A stretch of 64,000 bases of DNA from Schmidtea nova (taxonomy: Eukaryota). The translations under genes were made by a program, and so were the position numbers. How positions within the stretch are numbered: the stretch's first letter is position 1; each line of letters begins with the position of its first letter. Location: contig CM097883.1 in the NCBI GenBank assembly GCA_044892505.1, positions 57,722,001 to 57,786,000 on the forward strand, in the 5' to 3' direction. Below, in pieces: positions 24,623 through 36,699 of this stretch. The notes under the pieces are model-generated. The model ran no database searches. It was not told where the DNA came from and saw only the letters and a program-made list of their open reading frames with translations.

Positions 24623-24903
24623 AATCATTGNNNNNNNNNNNNNNNNNNNNNNNNNNNNNNNNNNNNNNNNNNNNNNNNNNNNNNNNNNNNNNNNNNNNNN
24701 NNNNNNNNNNNNNNNNNNNNNNNNNNNNNNNNNNNNNNNNNNNNNNNNNNNNNNNNNNNNNNNNNNNNNNNNNNNNNNNNNNNNNNNNNNNNNNNNNNNN
24801 NNNNNNNNNNNNNNNNNNNNNATATTAAAATAATTGCAATTAATTATTAAAATATTAATTAGTTTAGTCATATAACAATGAAAAGCTCTCTTTTTCATTG
24901 TAG

Positions 24904-24985
24904 ATACAAAGATTTAGATTGTGTATTTCGGAAACATCCTCAAATTATGTTAACGGGAATTCCTACTTTAATGGAATTTGGAACA
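24904..24985 (+). CDS. TXNDC17: TXNDC17 exon 3
   Basis: TTTTCATTGTAG acceptor, (Q)YKDLDCVFRKHPQIMLTGIPTLMEFGT, GTTAGT donor; phase 2 matches exon 2. Corresponds to the WKDP-N-FR...PTL segment. The final exon was not located. Confidence 0.88.
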
Positions 24986-25008
24986 GTTAGTTTATTTATT
25001 TGAACCAT

Positions 25009-25084
<76 letters not shown>

Positions 25085-26375
25085 CTATAATATGTGTGAC
25101 ATCATATATTCTGCAATGATGGTTAACTGAAAAAAAAAATATTTTTCAGGAGATGGACTCACGTGTTTTTTATTCAAATAAACAGAAAAACCTTTAATGT
25201 ATAATAATAATAATTATTAATTGTATTATAATTATAACAATTAGCAAAACTAACAATAGTTGGGAAGTATTTTTCCAACAATATTACAATATTTGAAACT
25301 GAGTTTTCAAAACAGTATTTTTTATTTATTGAAAAAGTTACATGGCCTTTTTTCCACGCGTAATTTTATGTAATTTTATTGGTTTCACCTCTGATTCTTT
25401 ACTTACATCAATAAAGTGTATTTTCTTGATAAAGGCTGTTCCGAAGTATTGTGTGTCTAACAACCGAAAAAACCCAAATAAAAATATTTGATCTATAGTC
25501 GTACAATCATTAAAATTATTGATATTAGTAATTTTATGTTTCTTGAGCATGTACATTTGTTTCGTTACTCAAAAGTACGGACTGCTACTTCATGTCTCTT
25601 TAAATCAGCTGCATTCAAGTATAGTTTCATACAAACATAATTATCGCATCATTAAATGTAAGTCCTTTGCAATTCTATTTTGGTCAAGCGTTTTATGATA
25701 GAATTCATAGAGAATTAATTACATTTCATTGTTTCTACGAAATCCATAAATCTAAATTAAAATTGAGATTTATAGCATTCAAAATGATGCTGGCCTTGAT
25801 TAATTACATTTTAATGTACAATTCATTTAATTAAAATACCCCTTTCAACAATATCTTACACGAAAGTGTAGAAAGAAAATTAAAATTAATATAGGATAAG
25901 ATGGGAGATATTTTTTTAAAAAATAAACTTCAGTATTTTTTATTTATTTTCATTTTTCAAAAAAAATAATCAAAATATGTTTTTCTCTACGGTAAAAATT
26001 TTCTTTTTCTGCAGTTTGTTAAAGATAAAAAAATGATATTGGAAAAAAAACAAGGTAAAAGGTAAAGAAGAATGAAGATTCATTTTTAAAAAAAATTTAT
26101 TTTAATTTAAAATTTCATAATTTTGGCACAACATTAATCAGGTGTGTAATATACATGTGATAAATGCTGTGTCGAAATATCATGTACCTAACAACAAATA
26201 TATATATATATATATGAAAAATATATATGAAAATTATTGAATTAATTTAAAATTACTAATTTTGAAGGTAAATGAATGTATGCTTGGAATTTGTGTTCAA
26301 ACGATTTAGTTCGGAACTCGAAATATTAAGTCTTACCTTAAATGTCAAAGTGTCACTTACACAATCGTTACAGTC

Positions 26376-26428
<53 letters not shown>

Positions 26429-26431
<3 letters not shown>

Positions 26432-29400
26432 GGTGGTCCTTAATTTTGAAAAGTTGAAATCCTGTGCTCTCACCTCATAGAATTGTTTGTTATTATGACA
26501 GGATGCTGTGCTAATTTTATTTTTATTTTTGGATGATGTTTAGAGGTCGCCCAAGCTTTGGAATTGGAAATTCATCAAAATCGCTGCAAATGAGCTTCTA
26601 GAAACTATTTTTTATTTTCTCACTACTTATTTTGGTCAGTTCTGTTAGTTAGTTGATCCCAAACAATTAATTTAACCTCTAATAAATAATCTTTGTTGAT
26701 CAATAATACTGTCTGATTAGGAATTTGCAGTTTTATTAAGTTTTCTATGAAATGGCGTCATCTTTTTGGTGAGTAAACTTTTTCATGTGTTGTATGTTTT
26801 AGCTGCTGCTTTGCCATTCAGAACATTCAGTTATTATGCACTATTTGCCATTTTTTAGGCCAGAAAGTAAACATTCCACATGTAGACACAGTGACACACC
26901 AGTGTTAGTGTAATATTGTATTGTATGATATGTTGTTGTTGTGATGTAGTGAAGAATTTGATATAACAACACGAAGTCAAACTGCAGTTTATCTACTGGG
27001 TCAACCCACTACTGTGCTTTCTACTCTCAGACTTGCATCAAATGGTGAAGCATTGGGTTTGTTTTTCCATCACCACCTAACCCATGGTCTGCAGACACGA
27101 CAGGCATCAGCACATGTGATCGAACAGGTGACTGGAATTTGGAACAAGGCCCGCATACCGACATGTCGCAAAGACCATGCAATCACCAAGCTGGAGCAAC
27201 TATTCAAAGATTGGACACAGCTAAAAAAGCACAAAGATCGCAAGACAGAGCTCCATGTTGCCAGAGAAGATGAGTTTTGCGCCAAAATGAAGAATCTTTT
27301 TGACATTGCACATGCCGACGCCCTAACGACTATGAAGATCGAGGAAGATAGAGAATTTCTGCTGGCACAGCGAGAACCAGGACGACGAGGTTACCTTGGA
27401 TTAGTTGATAGAGCATTAGCTGAAAAAGAAGAGAGAAAAGCAGTCAGAATAAACTTGGAGAGGAAGAGACGTGAAAGAGCAGAAAGCGAGGCATCCGTTA
27501 GCACAATGGTTGCAGGATTTGGCAGCAGTAGTGAAGATGACAATAAACCTGAATCGGACACAGATAAGCCTGCTGAGTTCTCATCACCTCGCCGTAAGAA
27601 AAGCAGAGCAGCAACAAATGTGATTACCCCAAAGTTAGCAGCTGCCTTGGATCGTACCAAGTTGAGTGACAGAAAGGCTACGTTTGTCATTGCTGCGGCA
27701 GCTCAGAGCCTTGGGCATGATATTGATGAACTCAATATAAATCGGAGTTCTATAAAGCGTCACCGCGAGAAATACAGAGCTGAAATGGCAGCTGCATTAA
27801 AGGAAGATTTGTCTAGTGATGTTCCTTTGGTGGTACATTGGGATGGCAAACTAATGGTCGATCTCACTGGGAAGGATCACGTTGATCGCCTCCCTATAAT
27901 TGTGACCGGCTTTGGGGTGTGTCAGCTATTGAAGGTGAGCAAGATGTCTGGTGGAACAGGTGAGAACCAGTCATCTGCAGTGGTCCAGGCACTGAATGAG
28001 TGGAATGTGCAGGATCGTGTGGTAGGATTGTGCTTTGATACAACTAGTTCCAACACTGGTATCCACAACGGTGCCTGTGTTCTGATAGAACAGAAGCTAG
28101 GCAAGGACTTACTACACTTTGCCTGTCGCCACCACATTATGGAACTGTTGGCAGGAGCCGCATTTACAGTAAGTCTTGCACCATCATCTGCTTCTGAAGT
28201 CCTTCTGTTCAAGAGATTTCAACAAAAGTGGTCAATCCTCGACCACAATAACTACCAGACGGGAGCTAATTTGAATGAAATACCTGACGTGGTGAAGAAC
28301 GAAGTAATGGAATTTGCACACAGGCAGCTGCTTCGTGACAACGTCCGAGAAGACTACAGAGAATTCATTGAATTATCTATCATATTTCTTGGTGGCTTAC
28401 CCCATCGTGGGATTCATTTTATGGCACCTGGTGCAATGCACCATGCGAGATGGATGTCGAAAGTGATCTACTCACTCAAAGTGTGGATGTTTCGCTCACA
28501 ATTCAAGCTCACATCGTTCGAGGAGAAAGGACTTCTCCACATGTGCATCTTTGCAGTGGTTATATACCTCAAGGCCTGGTTCACTGCACCACTGGCTTCC
28601 AGTGCGCCTCGAAATGATCTGCAACTGCTTCAAGATTTGCACAATTACAAGCGTTACAATGAGAAAATCTCTATCGCAACATCCAAAAAACTTGAGCATC
28701 ATCTTTGGTATTTGTCGGAAGATTTAGTGGGTCTTGCCTTCTTCGATCCCGATGTACCGGTCGATACAAAACGTCAAATGGTGAAAGCACTGAATTACTG
28801 TAGCAAGGATGCCGTCGACAAAGTACTTCTACCAAAAGGTCTGAAACGCATCACAATGTCTGCAAGCAGTGCATGCAACTACAGTTTGGAGGATTTCATA
28901 ACTGTCAGATCTCAGGAATTCTTTGATAAGCTCCATATTTCTCAAGACTTCTTGAATTACGATCCTGACACTTGGGAAACTCGACAGGAGTACACAGATG
29001 GCATGTTGATCGTGTCTAAGCTACTAGTCACCAATGATAATGCAGAACGTGGAGTTGCCCTTGTTCAGGAGCTAAACAAGTGTATCACATACGATGAGGA
29101 CCAGTTTCAGTTTCTGCTGCAAGTTGTGGCAGACCATCGTCGTCAGTATGCAACCTGTCAGAAGTCGTTATTACATTGACTTAGTTGCGGAATGCGGAGT
29201 GCGGACATCGTCTTTGGTTGGACCGACTGACACTGACAGTCTAGAACATTTATTCCTATAAATAAATCTTAACAATAGATTCTGTACATTACGGAGTTTC
29301 ATATTTCCTAGTCATTTAATAACATAATAAAACGTTACCAATTTCAGTTTAGTAATAAAAATACTATACTATGCTCAAGTCAAATTTTTTGGTCATTTTA

Positions 29401-29550
29401 ATAAATTGTGAGCTGTTGGGCGACCTCTAAACATTATCTGATCATTAAAAAAATTTGCACAGTATCTTATGGCATCAAATGGAACATTTTAAAAGGGTGG
29501 GAGACATCCAATTGTGAGAAAAAAATATTACCATTGGTCTAAGGACCACC

Positions 29551-29553
<3 letters not shown>
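26429..29553 (+). mobile_element. Apparently intact hAT-like DNA transposon (probably hATm group)
   Basis: TIRs TAGGGTGGTCCTTA / TAAGGACCACCCTA, flanked on both sides by ATATATAT within a (TA)n tract; intact transposase; interior more GC-rich than the flanks. Confidence 0.85.
26752..29179 (+). CDS. Transposase, predicted 2 exons (26752-26768 + 26950-29179), 748 aa
   Basis: ATG GCG TCA TCT TTT TG|GTGAGT donor and TGTAG| acceptor join in phase (MASSFCEEFDITTRSQTAVYLLGQP...). Motifs HWDGK, CFDTT, ACRHH (CxxH), HHARWMSK and NDNAER. Confidence 0.85.
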
Positions 29554-29626
<73 letters not shown>

Positions 29627-29627
<1 letters not shown>

Positions 29628-31181
29628 CATTTTCGCGTTAAATTAGACACTTTCCATTTTAAATTAGACACTTTCGAATTTGAATTAGACACTTTAAAAG
29701 TTGAATTGGACACTTTAAAAGTTGAATTGGACACTTTAAAAGTTGAATTGGACACTAATTATAAAACCCCTACTATTTAATATACGTGTTTTTATAAAAA
29801 TACTTTATAGACAGAACATATCAACTAAATTCCCGCCCAAAAATATATAATCGTTTGAATTCATTTATCATGTCAAATGGTCGATATTATGAATTTTCTG
29901 AGGGATCAAACATTGAAGAAACTGAAATTGATGGTGCGGATGTGCATGAAAATCGCGAATCTCCTATAAAGAAATCGTATGCCAAATCCACCCGGGACGT
30001 TAAAATGGTGCTAATAAGCATGGTCACAGTAGACGGGAAAACAATAAGGGAAGCAGCAGCATCTTGCAGAATTAATGAGAGCACCGCGAGAACGATAATA
30101 AACAACTACAAGCGTAAAAGAACTTTTATTGTAGGCAAAAGAGGTGGTAACAATAAAACAAAAATTACTGATAAAATATTGGACCGAATTGAATTTTTTG
30201 TGGAGAATCGTAATCAAATTACTTTAAAAATGATAAAAAACAAAATTGAAGCCGAAGGAGTGTCTTTATCAACCACGTCTGTGTCTAAATGTCTTGAGAA
30301 GCTTCGTATTACATGTAAAAAAGCTTCTCGTGAACTTGAACGAGTAAATTTACCAGAAACCATTGAAAAGAGACGACGATACGCATTGGATTTTGCCCGA
30401 AATGCTCCTGCGCTGAAAGAGAAATGCATTTTTATAGACGAATGTGGTTTTAATCTACATATTCGTCGAACTACCGCCCGCTCAAAAATTGGAACAAGGG
30501 CAAATATCGTGATGCCAACAGTGAGAGGTCGAAATGTAACTGTTATTGCAGCAATGAATTCAAAAAAAATTATTCATAGCCGCATTGTAGGCGACAGTAC
30601 TTGTACAAGTTCAATATTCGGTGATTTTTTAATGGAGCTAATTGCGATTATTCAACGCGATGAGATTTACAACGGTGCATGGATAATTTTGGATAATGCT
30701 CAAATTCATAAAACTGATTATATACGAAACATCCTTACCGATACTAAATTTGTATTGAAATTTCTCTCACCCTATTCATACATGCTGAATCCCATCGAAA
30801 ATGCATGGAGTAAGTTGAAGAGTTTCGTCAAGAATATTTTATCATCGAATGTGGATAATGTAAATCTACGGGATATTATCTGTAATGGCTTGAACAATAT
30901 TGACCCGGGTGATTGTTGTGGATATGTTATGCATATGATGAATAACATTTCAAAAGCAGTGGCAGGAGAGCGATTTAAAATTTGAAAGATCATGTTTCGA
31001 TTAGTCGTCTTATTTGAAATATATATTCACGTCTTTTACAGTTTTATAACTAGTGTCCAATTCAACTTTTAAAGTGTCCAATTCAACTTTTAAAGTGTCC
31101 AATTCAACTTTTAAAGTGTCTAATTCAAATTTAAAAGTGTCTAATTTAAAGTGGAAAGTGTCTAATTTAACGCGAAAATGC
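29627..31181 (+). mobile_element. Tc1/IS630-like element, copy 1 (1555 bp)
   Basis: ~141-bp TIRs starting GCATTTTCGCG, each with six ~21-bp internal direct repeats; flanked by TA. Confidence 0.95.
29870..30985 (+). CDS. DD34E Tc1/IS630-like transposase (first ATG at 29870)
   Basis: N-terminal HTH (KTIREAA..INESTARTII); FIDE, LDNAQIH and NPIE with 34 residues between the second D and the E. Confidence 0.95.
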   Translation: MSNGRYYEFSEGSNIEETEIDGADVHENRESPIKKSYAKSTRDVKMVLISMVTVDGKTIREAAASCRINESTARTIINNYKRKRTFIVGKRGGNNKTKITDKILDRIEFFVENRNQITLKMIKNKIEAEGVSLSTTSVSKCLEKLRITCKKASRELERVNLPETIEKRRRYALDFARNAPALKEKCIFIDECGFNLHIRRTTARSKIGTRANIVMPTVRGRNVTVIAAMNSKKIIHSRIVGDSTCTSSIFGDFLMELIAIIQRDEIYNGAWIILDNAQIHKTDYIRNILTDTKFVLKFLSPYSYMLNPIENAWSKLKSFVKNILSSNVDNVNLRDIICNGLNNIDPGDCCGYVMHMMNNISKAVAGERFKI

Positions 31182-31189
31182 TATATATA

Positions 31190-32742
31190 GCATTTTCGCG
31201 TTAAATTAGACACTTTCCACTTTAAATTAGACACTTTTAAATTTGAATTAGACACTTTAAAAGTTGAATTGGACACTTTAAAAGTTGAATTGGACACTTT
31301 AAAAGTTGAATTGGACACTAGTTATAAAACTGTAAAAGACGTGAATATATATTTCAAATAAGACGACTAATCGAAACATGATCTTTCAAATTTTAAATCG
31401 CTCTCCTGCCACTGCTTTTGAAATGTTATTCATCATATGCATAACATATCCACAACAATCACCCGGGTCAATATTGTTCAAGCCATTACAGATAATATCC
31501 CGTAGATTTACATTATCCACATTCGATGATAAAATATTCTTGACGAAACTCTTCAACTTACTCCATGCATTTTCGATGGGATTCAGCATGTATGAATAGG
31601 GTGAGAGAAATTTCAATACAAATTTAGTATCGGTAAGGATGTTTCGTATATAATCAGTTTTATGAATTTGAGCATTATCCAAAATTATCCATGCACCGTT
31701 GTAAATCTCATCGCGTTGAATAATCGCAATTAGCTCCATTAAAAAATCACCGAATATTGAACTTGTACAAGTACTGTCGCCTACAATGCGGCTATGAATA
31801 ATTTTTTTTGAATTCATTGCTGCAATAACAGTTACATTTCGACCTCTCACTGTTGGCATCACGATATTTGCCCTTGTTCCAATTTTTGAGCGGGCGGTAG
31901 TTCGACGAATATGTAGATTAAAACCACATTCGTCTATAAAAATGCATTTCTCTTTCAGCGCAGGAGCATTTCGGGCAAAATCCAATGCGTATCGTCGTCT
32001 CTTTTCAATGGTTTCTGGTAAATTTACTCGTTCAAGTTCACGAGAAGCTTTTTTACATGTAATACGAAGCTTCTCAAGACATTTAGACACAGACGTGGTT
32101 GATAAAGACACTCCTTCGGCTTCAATTTTGTTTTTTATCATTTTTAAAGTAATTTGATTACGATTCTCCACAAAAAATTCAATTCGGTCCAATATTTTAT
32201 CAGTAATTTTTGTTTTATTGTTACCACCTCTTTTGCCTACAATAAAAGTTCTTTTACGCTTGTAGTTGTTTATTATCGTTCTCGCGGTGCTCTCATTAAT
32301 TCTGCAAGATGCTGCTGCTTCCCTTATTGTTTTCCCGTCTACTGTGACCATGCTTATTAGCACCATTTTAACGTCCCGGGTGGATTTGGCATACGATTTC
32401 TTTATAGGAGATTCGCGATTTTCATGCACATCCGCACCATCAATTTCAGTTTCTTCAATGTTTGATCCCTCAGAAAATTCATAATATCGACCATTTGACA
32501 TGATAAATGAATTCAAACGATTATATATTTTTGGGCGGGAATTTAGTTGATATGTTCTGTCTATAAAGTATTTTTATAAAAACACGTATATTAAATAGTA
32601 GGGGTTTTATAATTAGTGTCCAATTCAACTTTTAAAGTGTCCAATTCAACTTTTAAAGTGTCCAATTCAACTTTTAAAGTGTCTAATTCAAATTCGAAAG
32701 TGTCTAATTTAAAATGGAAAGTGTCTAATTTAACGCGAAAAT
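31190..32742 (-). mobile_element. Tc1/IS630-like element, copy 2, inverted and tail-to-tail with copy 1
   Basis: Mirror image about 31185.5 with spacer TATATATA; the outer terminal GC is missing. Confidence 0.95.
31386..32501 (-). CDS. DD34E transposase, identical protein to copy 1
   Basis: The ORF track gives an identical translation at mirrored coordinates. Confidence 0.95.
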   Translation of the reverse strand: MSNGRYYEFSEGSNIEETEIDGADVHENRESPIKKSYAKSTRDVKMVLISMVTVDGKTIREAAASCRINESTARTIINNYKRKRTFIVGKRGGNNKTKITDKILDRIEFFVENRNQITLKMIKNKIEAEGVSLSTTSVSKCLEKLRITCKKASRELERVNLPETIEKRRRYALDFARNAPALKEKCIFIDECGFNLHIRRTTARSKIGTRANIVMPTVRGRNVTVIAAMNSKKIIHSRIVGDSTCTSSIFGDFLMELIAIIQRDEIYNGAWIILDNAQIHKTDYIRNILTDTKFVLKFLSPYSYMLNPIENAWSKLKSFVKNILSSNVDNVNLRDIICNGLNNIDPGDCCGYVMHMMNNISKAVAGERFKI

Positions 32743-33609
32743 TTATATATATATATTTATATATTTATTTATATATATATATATATATATTTATTTATAT
32801 ATATATTTATATATATAATTTTGCATATATTTGTATCCCAAGTTTCAAGTCGATTAAATATGTGGAGATGACTGAAAATTATCCTTATTAAATGAGGGTT
32901 TTTAAATTATTGAAAACAGCGACAAGAAAATAACTTGTACAGTTACATGTTAAATTTATNNNNNNNNNNNNNNNNNNNNNNNNNNNNNNNNNNNNNNNNN
33001 NNNNNNNNNNNNNNNNNNNNNNNNNNNNNNNNNNNNNNNNNNNNNNNNNNNNNNNNNNNNNNNNNNNNNNNNNNNNNNNNNNNNNNNNNNNNNNNNNNNN
33101 NNNNNNNNNNNNNNNNNNNNNNNNNNNNNNNNNNNNNNNNNNNNNNNNNNNNNNNNNNNNNNNNNNNNNNNNNNNNNNNNNNNNNNNNNNNNNNNNNNNN
33201 NNNNNNNCATCTTTGTCGGTTATAATTGATACTCTCATGTCTGGTCTCATATATCCGATTGGCTTAGTAAATTTTAATATTTTATAATGTATTTTTAATT
33301 TTAAATAATCAATCTAATGTTGATATAAAATTGTAAATTGAATAATATTTTTAAAAATTATCAAATTTAAAAGACATTAATGAATCTTTTTATTTTATAA
33401 ACCGAAGTTATTTGTACATAAATAGCAGATTTTACAGATTTTAGGCTCATTCCACTAGCACAATTACACCAGCGCAATTCAACTAGACTAGTAACAATTG
33501 GTTACAACCCTAACCCCGCCCCTAACCCTTGTTACCTAGTGGAATTGTTCTAATAGAATCAACCGGTTACCGATTTTACTTTGTGCAAAGAAACGTTTAT
33601 ACATCAGTA

Positions 33610-34063
33610 CAGTGGCGTAGCAATAGGTTGTGCAGATTGTGCAAGGCACAAGGGCCCAGGACGAAAAATTAGTAAATTTTATACGTTCGAGCATTATAAA
33701 TTCCCCGATTGTCATCAAACCAAGCATCGCTTGGGCGTTTGTTTTGTTTTTAATTAAGACAGCAACCATTAGTGACAAAAATTAGTGACAATAACAACAA
33801 TTATTGTTCATTATATCATGATGGTACCTGGCATGTGCCCATTCTATATACAGAGAATACCTAGAAGTAACAAAATATCCCTTCAACCCCAACCGGAAAC
33901 GCTACTATTTCTGTTTTAAAATGCGCAAATTTACTCAGAGAGTTGCTAATCACCTTCCCCCAAGCCTGCCTATGGTTTGGTTCCTCGGATCACTTCGTTC
34001 GACAAATATTTTGTGCGTCCCAAAATCTGCACAAGGGCCCCAGAAATCCTTGGTACGCCACTG
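33610..34063. mobile_element. Non-autonomous hAT element (MITE)
   Basis: TIRs CAGTGGCGTA / TACGCCACTG; perfect 8-bp TSD CATCAGTA. Confidence 0.9.
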
Positions 34064-35040
34064 CATCAGTAAAATAATTACATCATAGAGTGCAATATAG
34101 ATCAGAGGATCCCAAGCATTGTTGAGTGAGCATTACATTAAAATTTTAATATTTATTGTAGTGCCTTAGATTAAATTTTCAATTTTATAAATTAATTAAT
34201 TATTAAATGGAGTAAAATTATAGATGTTGTTTTAATATTTACATATTTTCACTTTCATGCTGATCAAAAAAAAACAAAATGCAAGCTGTTAACAATGATT
34301 CAATATACCTATTCACCCAAGACATTCACAGTGACTCGTTTTCATCAAATGACAGCGATTATCAGTTTTACTCTAGTGGAGATGGTGTAGTGGATATTCA
34401 AAGAAGAAACAATTGCCAGTTCAGTAGATTGCAGAAATGTTTCGCTGCTGGAATGCGTAAAGAAGCCGTACAAACTGGAAGATGCTTGTCAACAACTGGA
34501 TCAATATTAATATACTATCCAGACAAATCTGAAATGACTAACTCAAAAAATCTACAAATCAATACATTGGATCACAATCAATCTCGATTAAAGGATTATT
34601 CGCCAGCACCAGAAATCAATCAATACGGACTGTCATGGAGCTCGCTCATTTCAACTCTTGTTATCACCGGTGAAGATTTCCGGTTGCGAAAAACCGACTT
34701 ATCAATTAGCGATCAATTTATATTAATAAAATCTGATTTGCTTTTAGTATTCCTACATTTATCTTTTTAACATTACTTTTAATGTCAAAAATATTTAACT
34801 TAATTTAAAAGCACATCAATTTAAATTTACAAAACCTTTTTTAATTTTATTATTCTTGTTCATTATTTTTAAAACAAACCAAAACATTTATTAACAAAAT
34901 AGAAAAAATTTAACTTTTGCTCAATTTTTTGCAAATGTGAAGTGTGTAATTGCATTTTTGTTATGAATATAGATAAAATTTTATTGTCAATTGCAATCCG
35001 TCAGTCTGATTCTAGATTTAGTTAGGGTGTAAAGCCAAAG

Positions 35041-35280
35041 AAAGTAGCATTTTCTTATGAATGGTTAATGGGGAATGAAATACAGGATGCTTTAAATAAA
35101 TTAGAATCTTTTGAAAAGTTTTCTCGTAAAGAAGCATTTTATGAAAGATTAAAATCATACATTAGCGCAGAATGAATTTGTAGAAAAGGTTTTTTAAAAT
35201 ATAAAAGAATACATGTTATACTACATGAAATCAGATGTATTAATCTTAGCAAATTATTTTGAAAGATTTAGAAATTTATA
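35041..35280 (+). pseudogene. Maverick pPolB relic (exonuclease III region)
   Basis: KVAFSYEWL...KEAFYERL and EYMLYYMKSDVLILANYFERFRNL; stop and frameshift present. Confidence 0.75.
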
Positions 35281-35307
35281 ATTAAAATATTAAGAAATAG
35301 ATCTGTG

Positions 35308-35398
<91 letters not shown>

Positions 35399-36094
35399 TC
35401 TCCCGCATTAAGTTGGAACGCAGGATTAAAAAATACAGCTGTTAGCTTGAAACGTTTTTAAAGTGATCACCCTATTCCGAAACCTGTTTGTGCAAACAAA
35501 CCTAATATTCATACACTGTATAACGATGAATACCGCCTCTTATAATATAAAATTAAATTATAATATAGAAATTTCAAATACTCACCAGTGTGTTGTCGGT
35601 GTGCTAAAAATGACTGATACTAGCATACTATAAAGTAGATATATCATACTTAAGTTATTGATTATATGATTTATTGATCTGTTCATTATGCTACTATCAA
35701 GAATTTATTATACTATATCCACATCATGATTGGCTGAACCATAGGTAATTTTATGTTATTATAGAATTTTATTGATTTATTTTAGATTTTCAGATGTTGG
35801 AATTTATATTCGCTTTCCACCTGGATTTGAACATTTTTCTTGCCACTTTCCCAGATTATTGGAAGTTTTATCGCTGACCGGTTTCAATGTAATATCACCC
35901 TTGAAAGTTTTATTTCAAATAAATGTATTAAACTTGCTTGCTTTTTTTCTATTGTGTCATTTTTAATGGATTTAATTTGATATTGGATAATCCTATTATC
36001 TCTTAAAGATACTGGATGAATTCATTTTTAATAGTATGATTAATTGATTTTTTTAATTAACACAAAAAAATAAATTTTATTCAGTAAATATATT

Positions 36095-36578
36095 ATACTA
36101 GGTAATTGTAAGGCGCCTAAGGTGCCCGTTGACAAATCATAAAATAAATGAACAATTTGATGTACGAAATTTTAATTAAAAATTCAATTTCTTTTATTCT
36201 TAAGCAATAAGCAATTGAAAATTATTTCTGTTATATATATATGGAATGGCAAAAAAAATTGTTTTTATTGAAGAACGTCTTGAAAAACTACATTCCGTGT
36301 GAATTGTCTTTGATCATTCAATAAATTTCCTTGCTGTGGATTCGATTCAATAAGCACCTTCACTTGACTTGCAACTCTTGATTAATTTTTAATTTTTATT
36401 TTGCAAAATAAACTTAGAAAGCGCTGTTTAAAACTTGTTAATCGTGTAAAAAATCTATGTTAGTATTAGTAGTTCAAAAAAATATTATGATAGTGTTAGA
36501 ATCAAGCAATCCGCGAGCGTTATAGAATCAGTGAATCAGCGAATCAGTGAATCAGTGATGAGCGTAATTATATATAAG
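36095..36578 (+). mobile_element. Possible non-autonomous Helitron/Helentron-type repeat
   Basis: Starts ATACTAGG...GCCCG; ends with short GAATCAGT tandem units and TATATATAAGAT. Resemblance only. Confidence 0.3.
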
Positions 36579-36699
36579 ATACTTATATATAAAAATTCAA
36601 ATAATAAGTATACATTAAAAAATAATAATAAAAATAAAATTTATTTAGAAATAAAATAACTTCCTAAAGAACAAAATATATCGAGAAATCATCACTTAG

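Noticed and set aside
26015-26055. Candidate for TXNDC17 exon 4 (FVKDKKMILEKKQ) and other AG-flanked segments at 25150 and 32845
   Set aside because: No resemblance to the conserved TRP14 C-terminus.
27070-28702. Minus-strand ORFs within the hAT-like and Tc1 transposases and pPolB
   Set aside because: Antisense shadows of genuine ORFs with no motifs.
29635-29757. 21-bp direct repeats resembling a CRISPR array
   Set aside because: No unique spacers; they are internal repeats of the Tc1 TIR, mirrored at the other ends, in a eukaryotic context.
33500-33535. CCCTAACCC telomere-like motifs
   Set aside because: Only two short copies; not a telomeric array.
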